The notes beneath the pieces are model-generated. The model saw nothing but the letters and a program-made list of their open reading frames with translations, made no database searches and was not told where the DNA came from. From SAR202 cluster bacterium (GTDB lineage Bacteria; Chloroflexota; Dehalococcoidia; Lucifugimonadales; UBA826): a stretch of DNA of 64,000 bases. A program made the position numbers and the translations under genes. Below are positions 9,230 to 18,982 of the stretch, in pieces. The first letter of the stretch is position 1. Each line of letters starts with the position of its first letter. The DNA is taken from contig RQOP01000076.1 of the NCBI GenBank assembly GCA_008373095.1, positions 734 to 64,733 on the forward strand, written 5' to 3'.

Positions 9230-10693
9230 ATGGCTGACCAAAAGGTTATATCTAGGCAAACTGGAGTTGAGGATTCTCAATATAAATGGGGGTTTGAATT
9301 AGATATTGAGTCGGAAGTTGCCCCAAAGGGTTTGAATGAAGATATTGTTCGTTTTATATCTGCAAAAAAGAAGGAACCAGAATGGTTGTTGGAGTGGAGG
9401 TTAAAGGCTTTTCAACATTGGACTAGTCAAGGGGATGAGGCAGCACCGAAGTGGGCACAGGTTAATTTTGATGAGATAGATTTTCAGGACATCATATATT
9501 ACGCGGCTCCGAAATCGAGTGACGATGCTCCGAAGAGCTTAGATGAAGTTGATCCGGAACTGATCGAGGCATTTGATAAGTTAGGTATTCCGCTTGAAGA
9601 GCAAAAAAAATTATCCGGAGTGGCAGTTGATGCCGTACTAGATAGCGTTTCGGTTGCTACTACCTATCAGGATATGTTGAAAGAGGCGGGGGTAATATTC
9701 TGTCCGATTAGTGAAGCAGTGCAAAAGTATCCAGATCTTGTACAAAAATATCTGGGTTCTGTCGTCCCTTACAGTGATAATTTTTATGCAACGCTCAATT
9801 CTGCTGTTTTTAGTGATGGGTCTTTTTGCTATGTTCCACCAGGGGTACGTTGTCCCATAGAACTAATGACGTATTTCAGGATTAATGAGGCTGACTCAGG
9901 CCAATTTGAAAGAACTTTAATTGTTGCTGATGAAGGTAGTTATGTCAGTTATCTAGAAGGCTGTACTGCGCCCATGAGAAAAAGCCATCAATTGCATGCA
10001 GCGGTAGTTGAATTGGTAGCGTTAAAGGATGCGGAAATAAAATATTCGACTCTACAAAATTGGTATCCAGGGGATAAGAACGGCGAAGGAGGTGTATTCA
10101 ATTTTGTTACTAAGCGAGGAGCAGCCAGAGGAGAAAACTCCAAAATATCTTGGACTCAAGTTGAGACAGGGTCAGCCATTACATGGAAATACCCGAGCGT
10201 AATTCTCCAAGGGGATAATTCAGTGGGAGAGTTTTATTCGGTTGCTTTGGTCAATAATTACCAACAAGCCGATACTGGTACCAAGATGATCCATGTCGGT
10301 AAAAACACTAAAAGTACCATCATTGCCAAGGGAATATCTGCAGGAAAGGCTGAAAATACATATAGAGGGCAGGTGTCTATATTACCTGGTGCAGATAACG
10401 CTAGGAATTTTACCCAATGTGATTCCTTGTTGATTGGTGATGAATGTGGAGCTCACACAGTTCCATACATAGAGGTTCGCAATCCAACTGCACAAATGGG
10501 GCATGAAGCTACTACATCTAAGGTAAATGATGATCAACTTTTCTATCTTCAACAGAGAGGAATAGATTTGGAAGAATCGAACTACATGATAATTAACGGG
10601 TTTTGTCGTGGGATATTTAAGGAGCTTCCATTTGAATTTGCTATGGAAGCATCACAATTGCTGCGAGTAAGTTTGGAAGGTACGGTAGGTTAA
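9230..10693 (+). CDS. sufB: Fe-S cluster assembly scaffold protein SufB
   Basis: 487 aa. The motifs [23 protein letters not shown] and ...[21 protein letters not shown] are SufB hallmarks. sufC follows directly. Confidence 0.94.
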   Translation: MADQKVISRQTGVEDSQYKWGFELDIESEVAPKGLNEDIVRFISAKKKEPEWLLEWRLKAFQHWTSQGDEAAPKWAQVNFDEIDFQDIIYYAAPKSSDDAPKSLDEVDPELIEAFDKLGIPLEEQKKLSGVAVDAVLDSVSVATTYQDMLKEAGVIFCPISEAVQKYPDLVQKYLGSVVPYSDNFYATLNSAVFSDGSFCYVPPGVRCPIELMTYFRINEADSGQFERTLIVADEGSYVSYLEGCTAPMRKSHQLHAAVVELVALKDAEIKYSTLQNWYPGDKNGEGGVFNFVTKRGAARGENSKISWTQVETGSAITWKYPSVILQGDNSVGEFYSVALVNNYQQADTGTKMIHVGKNTKSTIIAKGISAGKAENTYRGQVSILPGADNARNFTQCDSLLIGDECGAHTVPYIEVRNPTAQMGHEATTSKVNDDQLFYLQQRGIDLEESNYMIINGFCRGIFKELPFEFAMEASQLLRVSLEGTVG

Positions 10694-11476
10694 ATGTCAA
10701 AGATTGATAAATTAATTGAAGTTAAAGATCTTCGTGTATCTGTTGAAGACACAGAAATACTTAGAGGAATAAATTTAAGTATTGGTGAAGGAGAAGTGCA
10801 CGCAATTATGGGGCCAAATGGTTCTGGCAAGAGTACTCTCGCCAATGTTATTGCGGGCAGGCCAGGCTACAGTGTCACGGGTGGAGACATTGTTTACAAA
10901 GGCAAGAGTCTGCTGGAAGTAGATCCTGAAATAAGGGCCAGGGCAGGAATATTTCTCGCTTTTCAATATCCAGTGGAGTTACCAGGCGTTAGAACTTGGC
11001 AGTTTTTAAAAGCTGCAATTGATGCTGTCCGAAAAGAAAATGGTAAAGACGAACTTAGTGTGAGGGAATTTGACCAACTCCTTGAAGAAAAACGGGAGCT
11101 AGTTGAAATGGATCCTGATCTTGTGAAGCGATCAGTGAATGAAGGATTTTCTGGAGGGGAAAAGAAGCGCAATGAAATTCTTCAATTGGCTCTTTTAGAT
11201 CCCTCTTTAGCACTGCTAGATGAAACGGACTCTGGATTGGACATAGACGCCCTTCGAATCGTATCGCACGGGGTAAATATATTTAAGAGTCCTCAGAAAT
11301 CTGTTTTGATTGTGACCCATTATCAACGTATTCTGGATTACATTACGCCCGATTATGTACATGTGCTGGTGGATGGTCAGATAGTAAGATCAGGCGATAG
11401 CAAATTGGCATTAGAACTGGAGGAAAAAGGTTATGAATGGGTGAGGGAATCTGCTGGTGAAGAGGTCAATACTTAA
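10694..11476 (+). CDS. sufC: Fe-S cluster assembly ATPase SufC
   Basis: Walker A GPNGSGKST, ABC signature FSGGEKKRNEI and Walker B LALLDETDSGLD are present, with no transmembrane partner, as expected for SufC. Confidence 0.94.
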   Translation: MSKIDKLIEVKDLRVSVEDTEILRGINLSIGEGEVHAIMGPNGSGKSTLANVIAGRPGYSVTGGDIVYKGKSLLEVDPEIRARAGIFLAFQYPVELPGVRTWQFLKAAIDAVRKENGKDELSVREFDQLLEEKRELVEMDPDLVKRSVNEGFSGGEKKRNEILQLALLDPSLALLDETDSGLDIDALRIVSHGVNIFKSPQKSVLIVTHYQRILDYITPDYVHVLVDGQIVRSGDSKLALELEEKGYEWVRESAGEEVNT

Positions 11477-12783
11477 TGCAAGATACCATCACGATTGCGG
11501 ATCAATATGAGGAGGATTTCCAAAACCTTGGTTCTACGCTGCCTGAGTGGTCTTCCGAATTCAGAAAAGAAGCGATGCTTGCCTTCAAGCAGATTGGATT
11601 GCCAGTACATAGGAAAGGCAATGAAAAATGGAAATATACAAGCGCCAGACCAATTGCGGAACCTCAATACTCATTGGCTAAATTTGAGGAAATTGATCTG
11701 GATACCATCAAGAGGACTTCGCCATGGCATGATTCATGGCTTAACGTAGTTTTCGTTAATGGTCAATATCAAGGAACTTTTTCTGAAAATAATTCCCCAA
11801 CTATACAAGTCTCCAACATAGCGGCGAATGATTTGGCCCGGGATGTTGTTGATTCAGTTGGTGGAATTGTTGATTACTCAGATGATGGGTTTGCTGCCTG
11901 GAACAGCGCCTTTATGTCAGATGGTTCAATAATCACTGTCCCAGATGGAGACAATTCTGGAACAGTGATTAACTTAATTTTTTTTAACCAAGGTGTGCCT
12001 GAAACTGTAAATCATCCTCGCGTTTTGGTGAAGACAGGAAGAAATTCAAACGTTAGCGTGATAGAAAATTATGTAGGCGGCGGAGAACATCGTACACTCA
12101 CCAATTCGGTCTCTGAAATATATGTAGGTGAAAGTTCGACCGTCAATCACTATCGTCTAATGAGCGAGACAGATCATACATACGATGTTGGATATGGGAG
12201 AGTTAAGATAGCTACCGATGGTAGATTTAATTCAAGGGCGTTTTTCCGCGGTTGTGGGATTGGACGTTATGACTTGAATGTGTTGGTCGACGGAGAAAAT
12301 GCTTCCTGTGATTTGCAGGGGCTATATTTTACGAGCGGTAACCAGCATATGGATAACTTTATAAATATTGATCATTCCAGACCGCATTGCCAAAGTAATT
12401 TGTTCTACAAAGGTATATTGGATGGTAATTCGAGGGCTGTGTTTGGCGGTACGGTTCTCGTTAGAAAAGAGGCACAGAAGACTGATTCTATCCAGTCAGA
12501 CAAGAATTTGATTTTATCACCAAATGCTGAAGTGGATAGTAAACCGGCCCTTTTTATTTACGCGGATGATGTGAAATGCGCCCACGGTGCCACAGCCGGA
12601 AATATAGACGCAGATACAGTTTTTTATATGAGAAGTAGAGGAGTGGATCTAGAGGCCGCAAGCCGACTAATAATATACGGGTTTGCTGGTGAAGTGATTG
12701 ATAAGGTAGAAATTGAAGAACTTAGGTCTTACCTAGAAGAGGCTTTTCTTACATCTTTGCCCAGTCATAGATTCGAATTTTAG
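11476..12783 (+). CDS. sufD: Fe-S cluster assembly protein SufD
   Basis: 435 aa with a SufB/D beta-helix C-terminal region (SKPALFIYADDVKCAHGATAGNIDADTVFYMRSRGV). Its start overlaps the sufC stop. Confidence 0.88.
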   Translation: MQDTITIADQYEEDFQNLGSTLPEWSSEFRKEAMLAFKQIGLPVHRKGNEKWKYTSARPIAEPQYSLAKFEEIDLDTIKRTSPWHDSWLNVVFVNGQYQGTFSENNSPTIQVSNIAANDLARDVVDSVGGIVDYSDDGFAAWNSAFMSDGSIITVPDGDNSGTVINLIFFNQGVPETVNHPRVLVKTGRNSNVSVIENYVGGGEHRTLTNSVSEIYVGESSTVNHYRLMSETDHTYDVGYGRVKIATDGRFNSRAFFRGCGIGRYDLNVLVDGENASCDLQGLYFTSGNQHMDNFINIDHSRPHCQSNLFYKGILDGNSRAVFGGTVLVRKEAQKTDSIQSDKNLILSPNAEVDSKPALFIYADDVKCAHGATAGNIDADTVFYMRSRGVDLEAASRLIIYGFAGEVIDKVEIEELRSYLEEAFLTSLPSHRFEF

Positions 12784-12784
12784 T

Positions 12785-13237
12785 ATGTATGATCTAGAAG
12801 ATTTGTACCAAGAAATTGTGATGGATCACAATAGGAGACCTCGTAATTTTGGCGAGCTAAAGGAACCTACTACTACAGCAGATGGATTCAATCCGCTTTG
12901 CGGTGACCAGATAACTCTCCAATTATCCTTAGAGGATGGGGTGGTTGTCGATGTAGCATTCAATGGAGTGGGATGTGCAATATCTAAGTCTTCAGCATCT
13001 ATGATGACTGAGGAGCTGAAAGGTAAAACACTCGAGCACGCTGAAAATTTATTTGAAGCATTTCGAAAAATGATCACGAGGACCCCAGGGGAGTCATACG
13101 ATTCTGACCTACTGGGAGATCTTGAAATATTGCAGGGAGTTTCACAATATCCGGCCAGGATAAAATGTGCGACGCTTGCTTGGCACACTCTTCATTCTGC
13201 AATTCAAGATGGAAATGAGGTCGTATCTACGGAGTAG
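12785..13237 (+). CDS. sufU: SufU/IscU-like sulfur-transfer protein (copy 1)
   Basis: Zn/cluster-ligand pattern NPLCGD ... GVGCAISKSSASMM ... IKCATLAWHTL (Cys-Asp, Cys, Cys). Confidence 0.8.
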   Translation: MYDLEDLYQEIVMDHNRRPRNFGELKEPTTTADGFNPLCGDQITLQLSLEDGVVVDVAFNGVGCAISKSSASMMTEELKGKTLEHAENLFEAFRKMITRTPGESYDSDLLGDLEILQGVSQYPARIKCATLAWHTLHSAIQDGNEVVSTE

Positions 13238-13262
13238 TTACTTTTATCAGGTGAGGTGAACT

Positions 13263-13691
13263 ATGCATGTGCCTATTAAAGTTGATTATGGAGTAAGAGC
13301 GCTAGTAGATCTGGCGATGTATGGTTCTGATGGTAAGTCATTGAGATCGGCAGAAATTTCCGAAAGGACAGCTATTCCTAACGCATATTTAGCTCAGGTA
13401 TTGCACTGTTTAAAAAAAGCCGGACTTGTCAAAAGCACGAGAGGACCACACGGGGGACATGAATTAGCGGTAGATCCCGACACAATTCAAATAAGTTCCG
13501 TTATGGAAGTTTTGGACGGTAAGGATAATTTAATCAATTGCTTGGATGATGATGGGTTTTGTGTGCATTCTCCCTATTGTGCTCAAAAGGAAATATGGAT
13601 GACAGTTGAAGACGCAATCCATGGGGTTCTCTCGGCGATTACAGTATCCGACCTGGCTCGAAGAACCGAATTCATTAAATTGCAGATATAG
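13263..13691 (+). CDS. Rrf2-family transcriptional regulator (IscR/SufR-like, putative Fe-S sensing)
   Basis: N-terminal winged HTH (VDYGVRALVDLA...LRSAEISERTAIPNAYLAQVLHCLKKAGLVKSTRGPHGGHELA) plus a C-x6-C-x5-C cluster (CLDDDGFCVHSPYC). Confidence 0.8.
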   Translation: MHVPIKVDYGVRALVDLAMYGSDGKSLRSAEISERTAIPNAYLAQVLHCLKKAGLVKSTRGPHGGHELAVDPDTIQISSVMEVLDGKDNLINCLDDDGFCVHSPYCAQKEIWMTVEDAIHGVLSAITVSDLARRTEFIKLQI

Positions 13692-13717
13692 ATTAATGGT
13701 GATATCAATTTCTCGGA

Positions 13718-14971
13718 GTGTATGAATTAATGTTTGATGTCGAAAAAATAAGATTGGATTTCCCTATACTCGCTAAGGAAATTTTTGGCAATCCTCTGGT
13801 TTATTTAGATAATGCTGCGACTAGCCAAAAACCTCGTCAAGTTATTGATGCATTGGTCGATTATTATGAAAATTTCAACGCTAATGTGCATAGAGGGGTC
13901 CATACGCTAAGCATGGAGGCCACGGATAAATATGAGGACGCGAGAGAGAAAGTGTCGTCCTTTATTAATTCTGAATCTTCAGATTCCGTTATATGGACAA
14001 GGAATGCTTCAGAAAGTTTAAACCTTGTGGCCTATTCATGGGGGGAAAACAACATTAACGAAGGCGATGAAATTTTGCTAACCCCAATGGAGCACCATAG
14101 TAATTTGGTTCCATGGCAAGAACTGGCGCGAAGGAAAAATGCAGATATAAAGTTCATACCAATGTTGGAAAATGGAACTTTGGATATGGATAGAGTGGAT
14201 GATTTGATAACAGAAAAGACAGCTTTGGTGTCAGCAGTTCACATGTCAAATGCCCTTGGCACGATCAACCCAGTTAGAGAATTGGGGGTGAAAGCTCATA
14301 GAATGGGGGCCAAGATTTTAGTGGATGGAGCCCAAAGTGTTCCTCATATGCCCACTGATGTTCAGGAATTAAACTGTGATTTTTTGGTGTTCTCTGGTCA
14401 TAAAATGTTAGGCCCAACTGGTATAGGGGCTTTATATGTTAAGAAGGAGATTCTTGAATCAATGGAACCTTTCCTAACTGGGGGTGAGATGGTGTTGGAA
14501 GTCTCTTATGAAGAGGCCTCTTGGGCTGACTTACCAATGAAATTTGAAGCCGGTACTCCTAACATAGCTGATTCGATAGGGCTTGGTAGCGCAGTGGATT
14601 ATTTGAATGTTTTAGGTATGGAAAATGTAAGGGAACATGAGAAAGATTTGACCACTTATGCTTTAAATAGATTTAAGAATGCAGATTTGGAAGGACTCGA
14701 TTTATTTGGGCCAGACGACCCAAATATCAGGGGTGGAGTATTCTCCTTTAATACTCCGGATGTGCATCCCCATGATTTAGGTACATTTCTAGATAGGATT
14801 GGTATCGCTGTCAGGACTGGTCATCACTGTGCGATGCCATTGGTGAGGAGTTTAGGGGTTGCTGCAACTGCAAGGGCAAGCTTTTACTTGTACAACACAA
14901 AAAAAGAGGTCGATATTTTGGTAGACGGAGTAACAGAGGCATTAAGGTATTTCAGGGATGGACCGAACTAA
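13718..14971 (+). CDS. sufS: cysteine desulfurase SufS (group II, PLP-dependent)
   Basis: YLDNAATSQKP, the FSGHKMLGPTGIG PLP-lysine motif and the RTGHHCAMPL active-site Cys loop are present. The start is GTG at 13718, with ATG at 13730 as an alternative. Confidence 0.92.
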   Translation: MYELMFDVEKIRLDFPILAKEIFGNPLVYLDNAATSQKPRQVIDALVDYYENFNANVHRGVHTLSMEATDKYEDAREKVSSFINSESSDSVIWTRNASESLNLVAYSWGENNINEGDEILLTPMEHHSNLVPWQELARRKNADIKFIPMLENGTLDMDRVDDLITEKTALVSAVHMSNALGTINPVRELGVKAHRMGAKILVDGAQSVPHMPTDVQELNCDFLVFSGHKMLGPTGIGALYVKKEILESMEPFLTGGEMVLEVSYEEASWADLPMKFEAGTPNIADSIGLGSAVDYLNVLGMENVREHEKDLTTYALNRFKNADLEGLDLFGPDDPNIRGGVFSFNTPDVHPHDLGTFLDRIGIAVRTGHHCAMPLVRSLGVAATARASFYLYNTKKEVDILVDGVTEALRYFRDGPN

Positions 14972-15401
14972 AATAGACGATATATATAGAGATAGGGTTA
15001 TCCTTGATCATTGTAGAAATCCTCGAAACATTTCGCCCATTGAACATTACGATCTATTAGGGGATGCTGTAAATCCTTTTTGTGGTGATGAGGTTCATTT
15101 TCAAATAGGTTTGTCGGACGAGGTAATTGAGAACGTCAGATTCACTGGTGATGGATGTGCCATAAATATGGCCTCAGGATCCTTATTGTCCGAAGCAGTG
15201 AAGGGTTTAACTACTGAGGAAGCGTCTGAATTATCTATAAAATTTGTTGAATCAATGAGGAAATCTATTGATCAAGATGTTGACCAGCAATTTATAGGGG
15301 AGCTTTCAGCTTTGATAAGCGTCAGACATTTTCCTGTCAGAATAAAATGCGCCTTATTAGCCTGGTCCGCCCTTGAGGATGCTCTATCAACAAAGGCATA
15401 A
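14958..15401 (+). CDS. SufU/IscU-like sulfur-transfer protein (copy 2, divergent paralogue)
   Basis: NPFCGDEV ... GDGCAINMASGSLL ... IKCALLAWSAL carries the same ligand pattern as copy 1. It overlaps sufS by 14 nt. Confidence 0.78.
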   Translation: MDRTKIDDIYRDRVILDHCRNPRNISPIEHYDLLGDAVNPFCGDEVHFQIGLSDEVIENVRFTGDGCAINMASGSLLSEAVKGLTTEEASELSIKFVESMRKSIDQDVDQQFIGELSALISVRHFPVRIKCALLAWSALEDALSTKA

Positions 15402-15402
15402 T

Positions 15403-17163
15403 TTAACGATCTAACCACACCTTTTCCCAGTGCGTATATTCGAATCCAGAAAAATTCGGGTGAATATTTTTCAGATCTTCTGTCCAGGCCCACAGGTTTT
15501 TTTGAGTTGCAGGCATGAACCTGTAAGATTTTTCGAGTAATTGACTATTAATTTTGTTTATAATCTTTGAACGTTTTTCAAAAATGTATTCCTGAGATTG
15601 TTTTTCTATCATTTCATCGAGCTGTAAGTTTTGGTGGTTGGTGGTATTCCATTTGCCTTTACTGTGAAGTATAGGAATAACAAAAGCGTTAGTAGATGAA
15701 TGAGGAAAAGTTGGACCCATTAAAACCTGGAAATCACCTCCTTTCCATTGCAGTTCTGTGTATTGTCGTCGGTTGACATAATGGATTGTTGGTTGAAAGC
15801 CAGCCAGGCTTAGATGCTGGGATGTGATTTCTACACTTTTCTTGAATTTTGCACCAAAATCACTGGTGATGATGTCAATGGGAACCATTTGCTCGAAGGG
15901 TTCAGATTGTTTGTAGGGGGAGAAGTAAGGCTCCCATACAGATCTTTCTGGAATCCATGAGGAGTGCGATGCGGCAAAACCCAATGAAAAAAAGGCCTGG
16001 TTATTCCAGGCTTCTTTGATAATTTCATCAGGGTTTATATTGTTTCTTGCTGCTGATCTTATATCGAAGTCATTGAATGGATAGATCGCAGTGTTAAATG
16101 CTATTTCGAATCCTTGTCCGGGAGCCGGATCCGCAAAAGATATATCCATTTTCGCGGAATGTTGATCGATGTTGTACACATCAATTAATCCCACACTATA
16201 GGCACTTAATCTTGTTTGCTGGTCTGGGAGAATGTGAAATTCAATAGCATCCAGATATGGAGGATTAGGAATAGAATAGGAATTTTCAAGTATCGAATAC
16301 GAGTTTTCCGAAAGTTTTGATAATTTCCAAGGACCGGATCCGACGAGAGAACCTGAATCGGTATAATTTGAATTTTCTGAATGTGATTTTGAAATTAATT
16401 TAGATCTTCCGTCCGCTAAAGAGATAAAAATATCAGCATCAGGAGCATGTAGATTAATTTGGAGTTGCCCTTTGTCAGGCTTACTTTCGACGCTATGGAT
16501 CATATGAAAGCGGTCTGCATTTTTGTTATTTATATTCATTTGTCGTTCTAGGCTGAATTTTATGTCTTCAACTGACATGTTTCCCAGATCTTTTGAATCA
16601 ATGGATTGCCAAGTAACATCAGGGTCAATATTGAAAATAAAGGTTTTACCATCAAGCATTTCCCAAGATTGACAGGTATCACATTCGGTGGCTTTGGACG
16701 GTAAAACGATATTTGGACCACTACTGAATTTCAAAAGGCGTTGGTATATTACGCCGATACCCCATGTCGAATAGGATGCCGAATAATTTTGATGAGGATC
16801 TAACGAACCAAAATAATCTTTCGAAGCTAATTTTAGGCTTCCTCCTTTTTTTCCTCCTAAGGGTATATTTGCTTCGTTATTCACCTGTGTGATTAATGCA
16901 GTTGTGGACACTATATCTGCATTATTTGATGAGAGTGATGTAGTGGGTTCCTTATTTGCTAGAGTTGTAGGTGTTGGGAAAACAGTTGGTACTATTTCAG
17001 CTTTTGAGATTTGGGGTTCGTCAATATTATCTATAGTTGAGGGATTTATTAACGTCTCAGGAGTTATTTGAGATTGAGATGTTTGCCCAGAGCATGCCAG
17101 GAATATACCTATGGAGACAAATAATGATCCAAGGAAGATCTGTATGTGATAAGTATTAACCAA
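15403..17163 (-). CDS. ABC transporter substrate-binding lipoprotein, family 5 (peptide/nickel/oligosaccharide type)
   Basis: Signal peptide with lipobox (FLACSG), a Ser/Thr/Pro linker, then GGSLKLASKDYFGSLDPHQNYSASYSTWGIGVIYQRLLKF, which is typical of the SBP_bac_5 N-terminus. No permease or ATPase genes are adjacent. Confidence 0.75.
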   Translation of the reverse strand: MVNTYHIQIFLGSLFVSIGIFLACSGQTSQSQITPETLINPSTIDNIDEPQISKAEIVPTVFPTPTTLANKEPTTSLSSNNADIVSTTALITQVNNEANIPLGGKKGGSLKLASKDYFGSLDPHQNYSASYSTWGIGVIYQRLLKFSSGPNIVLPSKATECDTCQSWEMLDGKTFIFNIDPDVTWQSIDSKDLGNMSVEDIKFSLERQMNINNKNADRFHMIHSVESKPDKGQLQINLHAPDADIFISLADGRSKLISKSHSENSNYTDSGSLVGSGPWKLSKLSENSYSILENSYSIPNPPYLDAIEFHILPDQQTRLSAYSVGLIDVYNIDQHSAKMDISFADPAPGQGFEIAFNTAIYPFNDFDIRSAARNNINPDEIIKEAWNNQAFFSLGFAASHSSWIPERSVWEPYFSPYKQSEPFEQMVPIDIITSDFGAKFKKSVEITSQHLSLAGFQPTIHYVNRRQYTELQWKGGDFQVLMGPTFPHSSTNAFVIPILHSKGKWNTTNHQNLQLDEMIEKQSQEYIFEKRSKIINKINSQLLEKSYRFMPATQKNLWAWTEDLKNIHPNFSGFEYTHWEKVWLDR

Positions 17164-17180
17164 ATGCGCTACCTGAATGT

Positions 17181-17209
17181 TTAGTCATTAATCATTTAAG
17201 TAGTATAAT
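17181..17209 (+). promoter_or_regulatory. putative sigma70-type promoter for tatD-like gene (TTAGTC-N17-TATAAT)
   Basis: Hexamers read at 17181-17186 and 17204-17209, about 43 nt upstream of the ATG at 17252. This is a pattern match only. Confidence 0.35.
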
Positions 17210-17251
17210 CAACGCCGTTTCCGTATGAAATCTATTTATTAATATTTCTAT

Positions 17252-18049
17252 ATGCTAATCGATACCCACGTACATTTAGATTCTTTTTCTGATGATGAAA
17301 TTGCTGCGATCTTAGACCGAAGTCGAGAGGCAGGTGTAGGCTTTGTGATATGCGCGGGGACGACTGTTGCATCCTCAATTCGCTCTGTGGCTTTATCACG
17401 TATGTATAGTTCTTTTTTTTCTGGAGTGGGTGTTCATCCCATGGATATAACTGAACCATTGGTCGAGGTGGATTACAAAGCATTAAGTGATTTGGCGAAG
17501 GCTGAAGAAAAAGTGATAGTTATGAGTGAAATTGGATTGGACTATATGGACGGTATGCCTGATAGAGCTTGGCAATTTCCGGCGTTTAGAGAGCAAATAA
17601 ATATTGCCAGAAATCTGAACTTGCCTATCGTTTTTCACAGTAGAGAAGCTCATAAGGACTGTTTTCGAGTTTTGAGAGAAGAAAAGGGTTATGAGGTAGG
17701 GGGTGTGATGCACTATTTTCAAGGCAGCTTGGAAGAGGCCAAAGAAGTTATAGATATGGGATTTTACATATCTATAGCAAGGCCAATCTTTCGACTACCT
17801 CACCTACAAGAAGTAGTTTCCAAAATCCCAATGGAAAATATAGTTATAGAAACAGATTCAGCGCCACAACCTTTCAAGAAAAACAGAGATAATTGGACCG
17901 AGCCTCGTTACCTTAGACCTATTACCGAAAAAATTGCTGAACTGAAAGAGATGGATGTGATGAGCGTTGAAACTGCGCTGTTTCAAAACACTAAAAACCT
18001 TCTTTCTTCTCAATGGGATGTCGTTGAAAAGTATGTGCCTGAATTTTAG
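17252..18049 (+). CDS. TatD-family metal-dependent hydrolase/DNase
   Basis: N-terminal MLIDTHVHLD, then EIGLDY, PIVFHSREA, HYFQGS and IETDSAP together match the TatD motif series. Confidence 0.88.
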   Translation: MLIDTHVHLDSFSDDEIAAILDRSREAGVGFVICAGTTVASSIRSVALSRMYSSFFSGVGVHPMDITEPLVEVDYKALSDLAKAEEKVIVMSEIGLDYMDGMPDRAWQFPAFREQINIARNLNLPIVFHSREAHKDCFRVLREEKGYEVGGVMHYFQGSLEEAKEVIDMGFYISIARPIFRLPHLQEVVSKIPMENIVIETDSAPQPFKKNRDNWTEPRYLRPITEKIAELKEMDVMSVETALFQNTKNLLSSQWDVVEKYVPEF

Positions 18050-18636
18050 TCAACCATGGAATTTGTGAAATAAGGCCCTATTATCATCAACCATGGAAGT
18101 AATATCCATGACATAAACCATCCGATAACAGAAGGTATGATGGCTTTCGCAAGGCTAATGTTGTGGGTGACTTTTACACCGTTGGTAACTGTCGCTAGCA
18201 GCCATATTAAAGATGCTAATAGTATGTAGTCCCCGATTAAAGGAATTGTGGCGAAGATTAATCCAACTCCAGGTCCGTAGGCTATCCCTGTACTACGAAT
18301 TGTCTCTCTGAACTCTGCTTCGCCGCCGAGGAGGCCACATAAAGTGTTATTGATGAATGACCACATCATCATTCCTACAAAAATGGTTGAGAATGCTACT
18401 GCCATCATCTGTAACCGAGCAAAATCACTTTCAGGGTTAATCACAGTACCTTTGTAATGCAGGTATATTGCACTTGAAAAAGCAGCGATAGCTACAGTTC
18501 CCAGCGATTGGATTACAAGTTCGGGTCGGTTGCGAAATTCTGGATAAATATGCTTATTTAAAATAGCAGCCTTAATTATATTTTCTATCATGACTTTTTT
18601 ATCGCAACTACCTATATATTTTTTAGATTCCGACAA
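18046..18636 (-). CDS. integral membrane protein, Yip1-like (about 5 TM)
   Basis: Soluble N-terminus followed by five hydrophobic segments. The family call rests on topology and weak similarity only. The TTG start is uncertain; an internal ATG (MIENII...) is possible. Confidence 0.4.
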   Translation of the reverse strand: MSESKKYIGSCDKKVMIENIIKAAILNKHIYPEFRNRPELVIQSLGTVAIAAFSSAIYLHYKGTVINPESDFARLQMMAVAFSTIFVGMMMWSFINNTLCGLLGGEAEFRETIRSTGIAYGPGVGLIFATIPLIGDYILLASLIWLLATVTNGVKVTHNISLAKAIIPSVIGWFMSWILLPWLMIIGPYFTNSMVD

Positions 18637-18746
18637 ATAGGTAATAATGGTGTAGAATCTTTAAGTCCTAAAATCCTAGCATATATGGTGTAATTCTCAT
18701 CGACTCTTCGATCCTAACCCAAGGCGCTTATCTTACAGTTATCGGG

Positions 18747-18950
18747 ATGGGCACTGCAGTTTTATTACTATTAGTATTGATAGCATCAATACTACTTACG
18801 AAATACGTCTCTAACAAAATAGATCCTCCATTTATTCCTCCAACTTCTGAACAGAAGGAAGAGATTGCTAGGATGGCAAAAGCCGCCGCAGTGGCAGTCG
18901 CATATCATACCCTTAGGCGGCATGGCCAGGAAGCAGATTCTGAAACATAA
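18747..18950 (+). CDS. small single-TM protein, OadG/MmdD/GcdD-like anchor subunit candidate
   Basis: 67 aa with an N-terminal TM helix (AVLLLLVLIASILLTKYV) and an Ala-rich tail. It lies immediately upstream of the decarboxylase beta subunit gene. The assignment rests on context and architecture. Confidence 0.4.
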   Translation: MGTAVLLLLVLIASILLTKYVSNKIDPPFIPPTSEQKEEIARMAKAAAVAVAYHTLRRHGQEADSET

Positions 18951-18982
18951 ATATTTTCCAGATCAGGTTATAGTGTGCTCAG

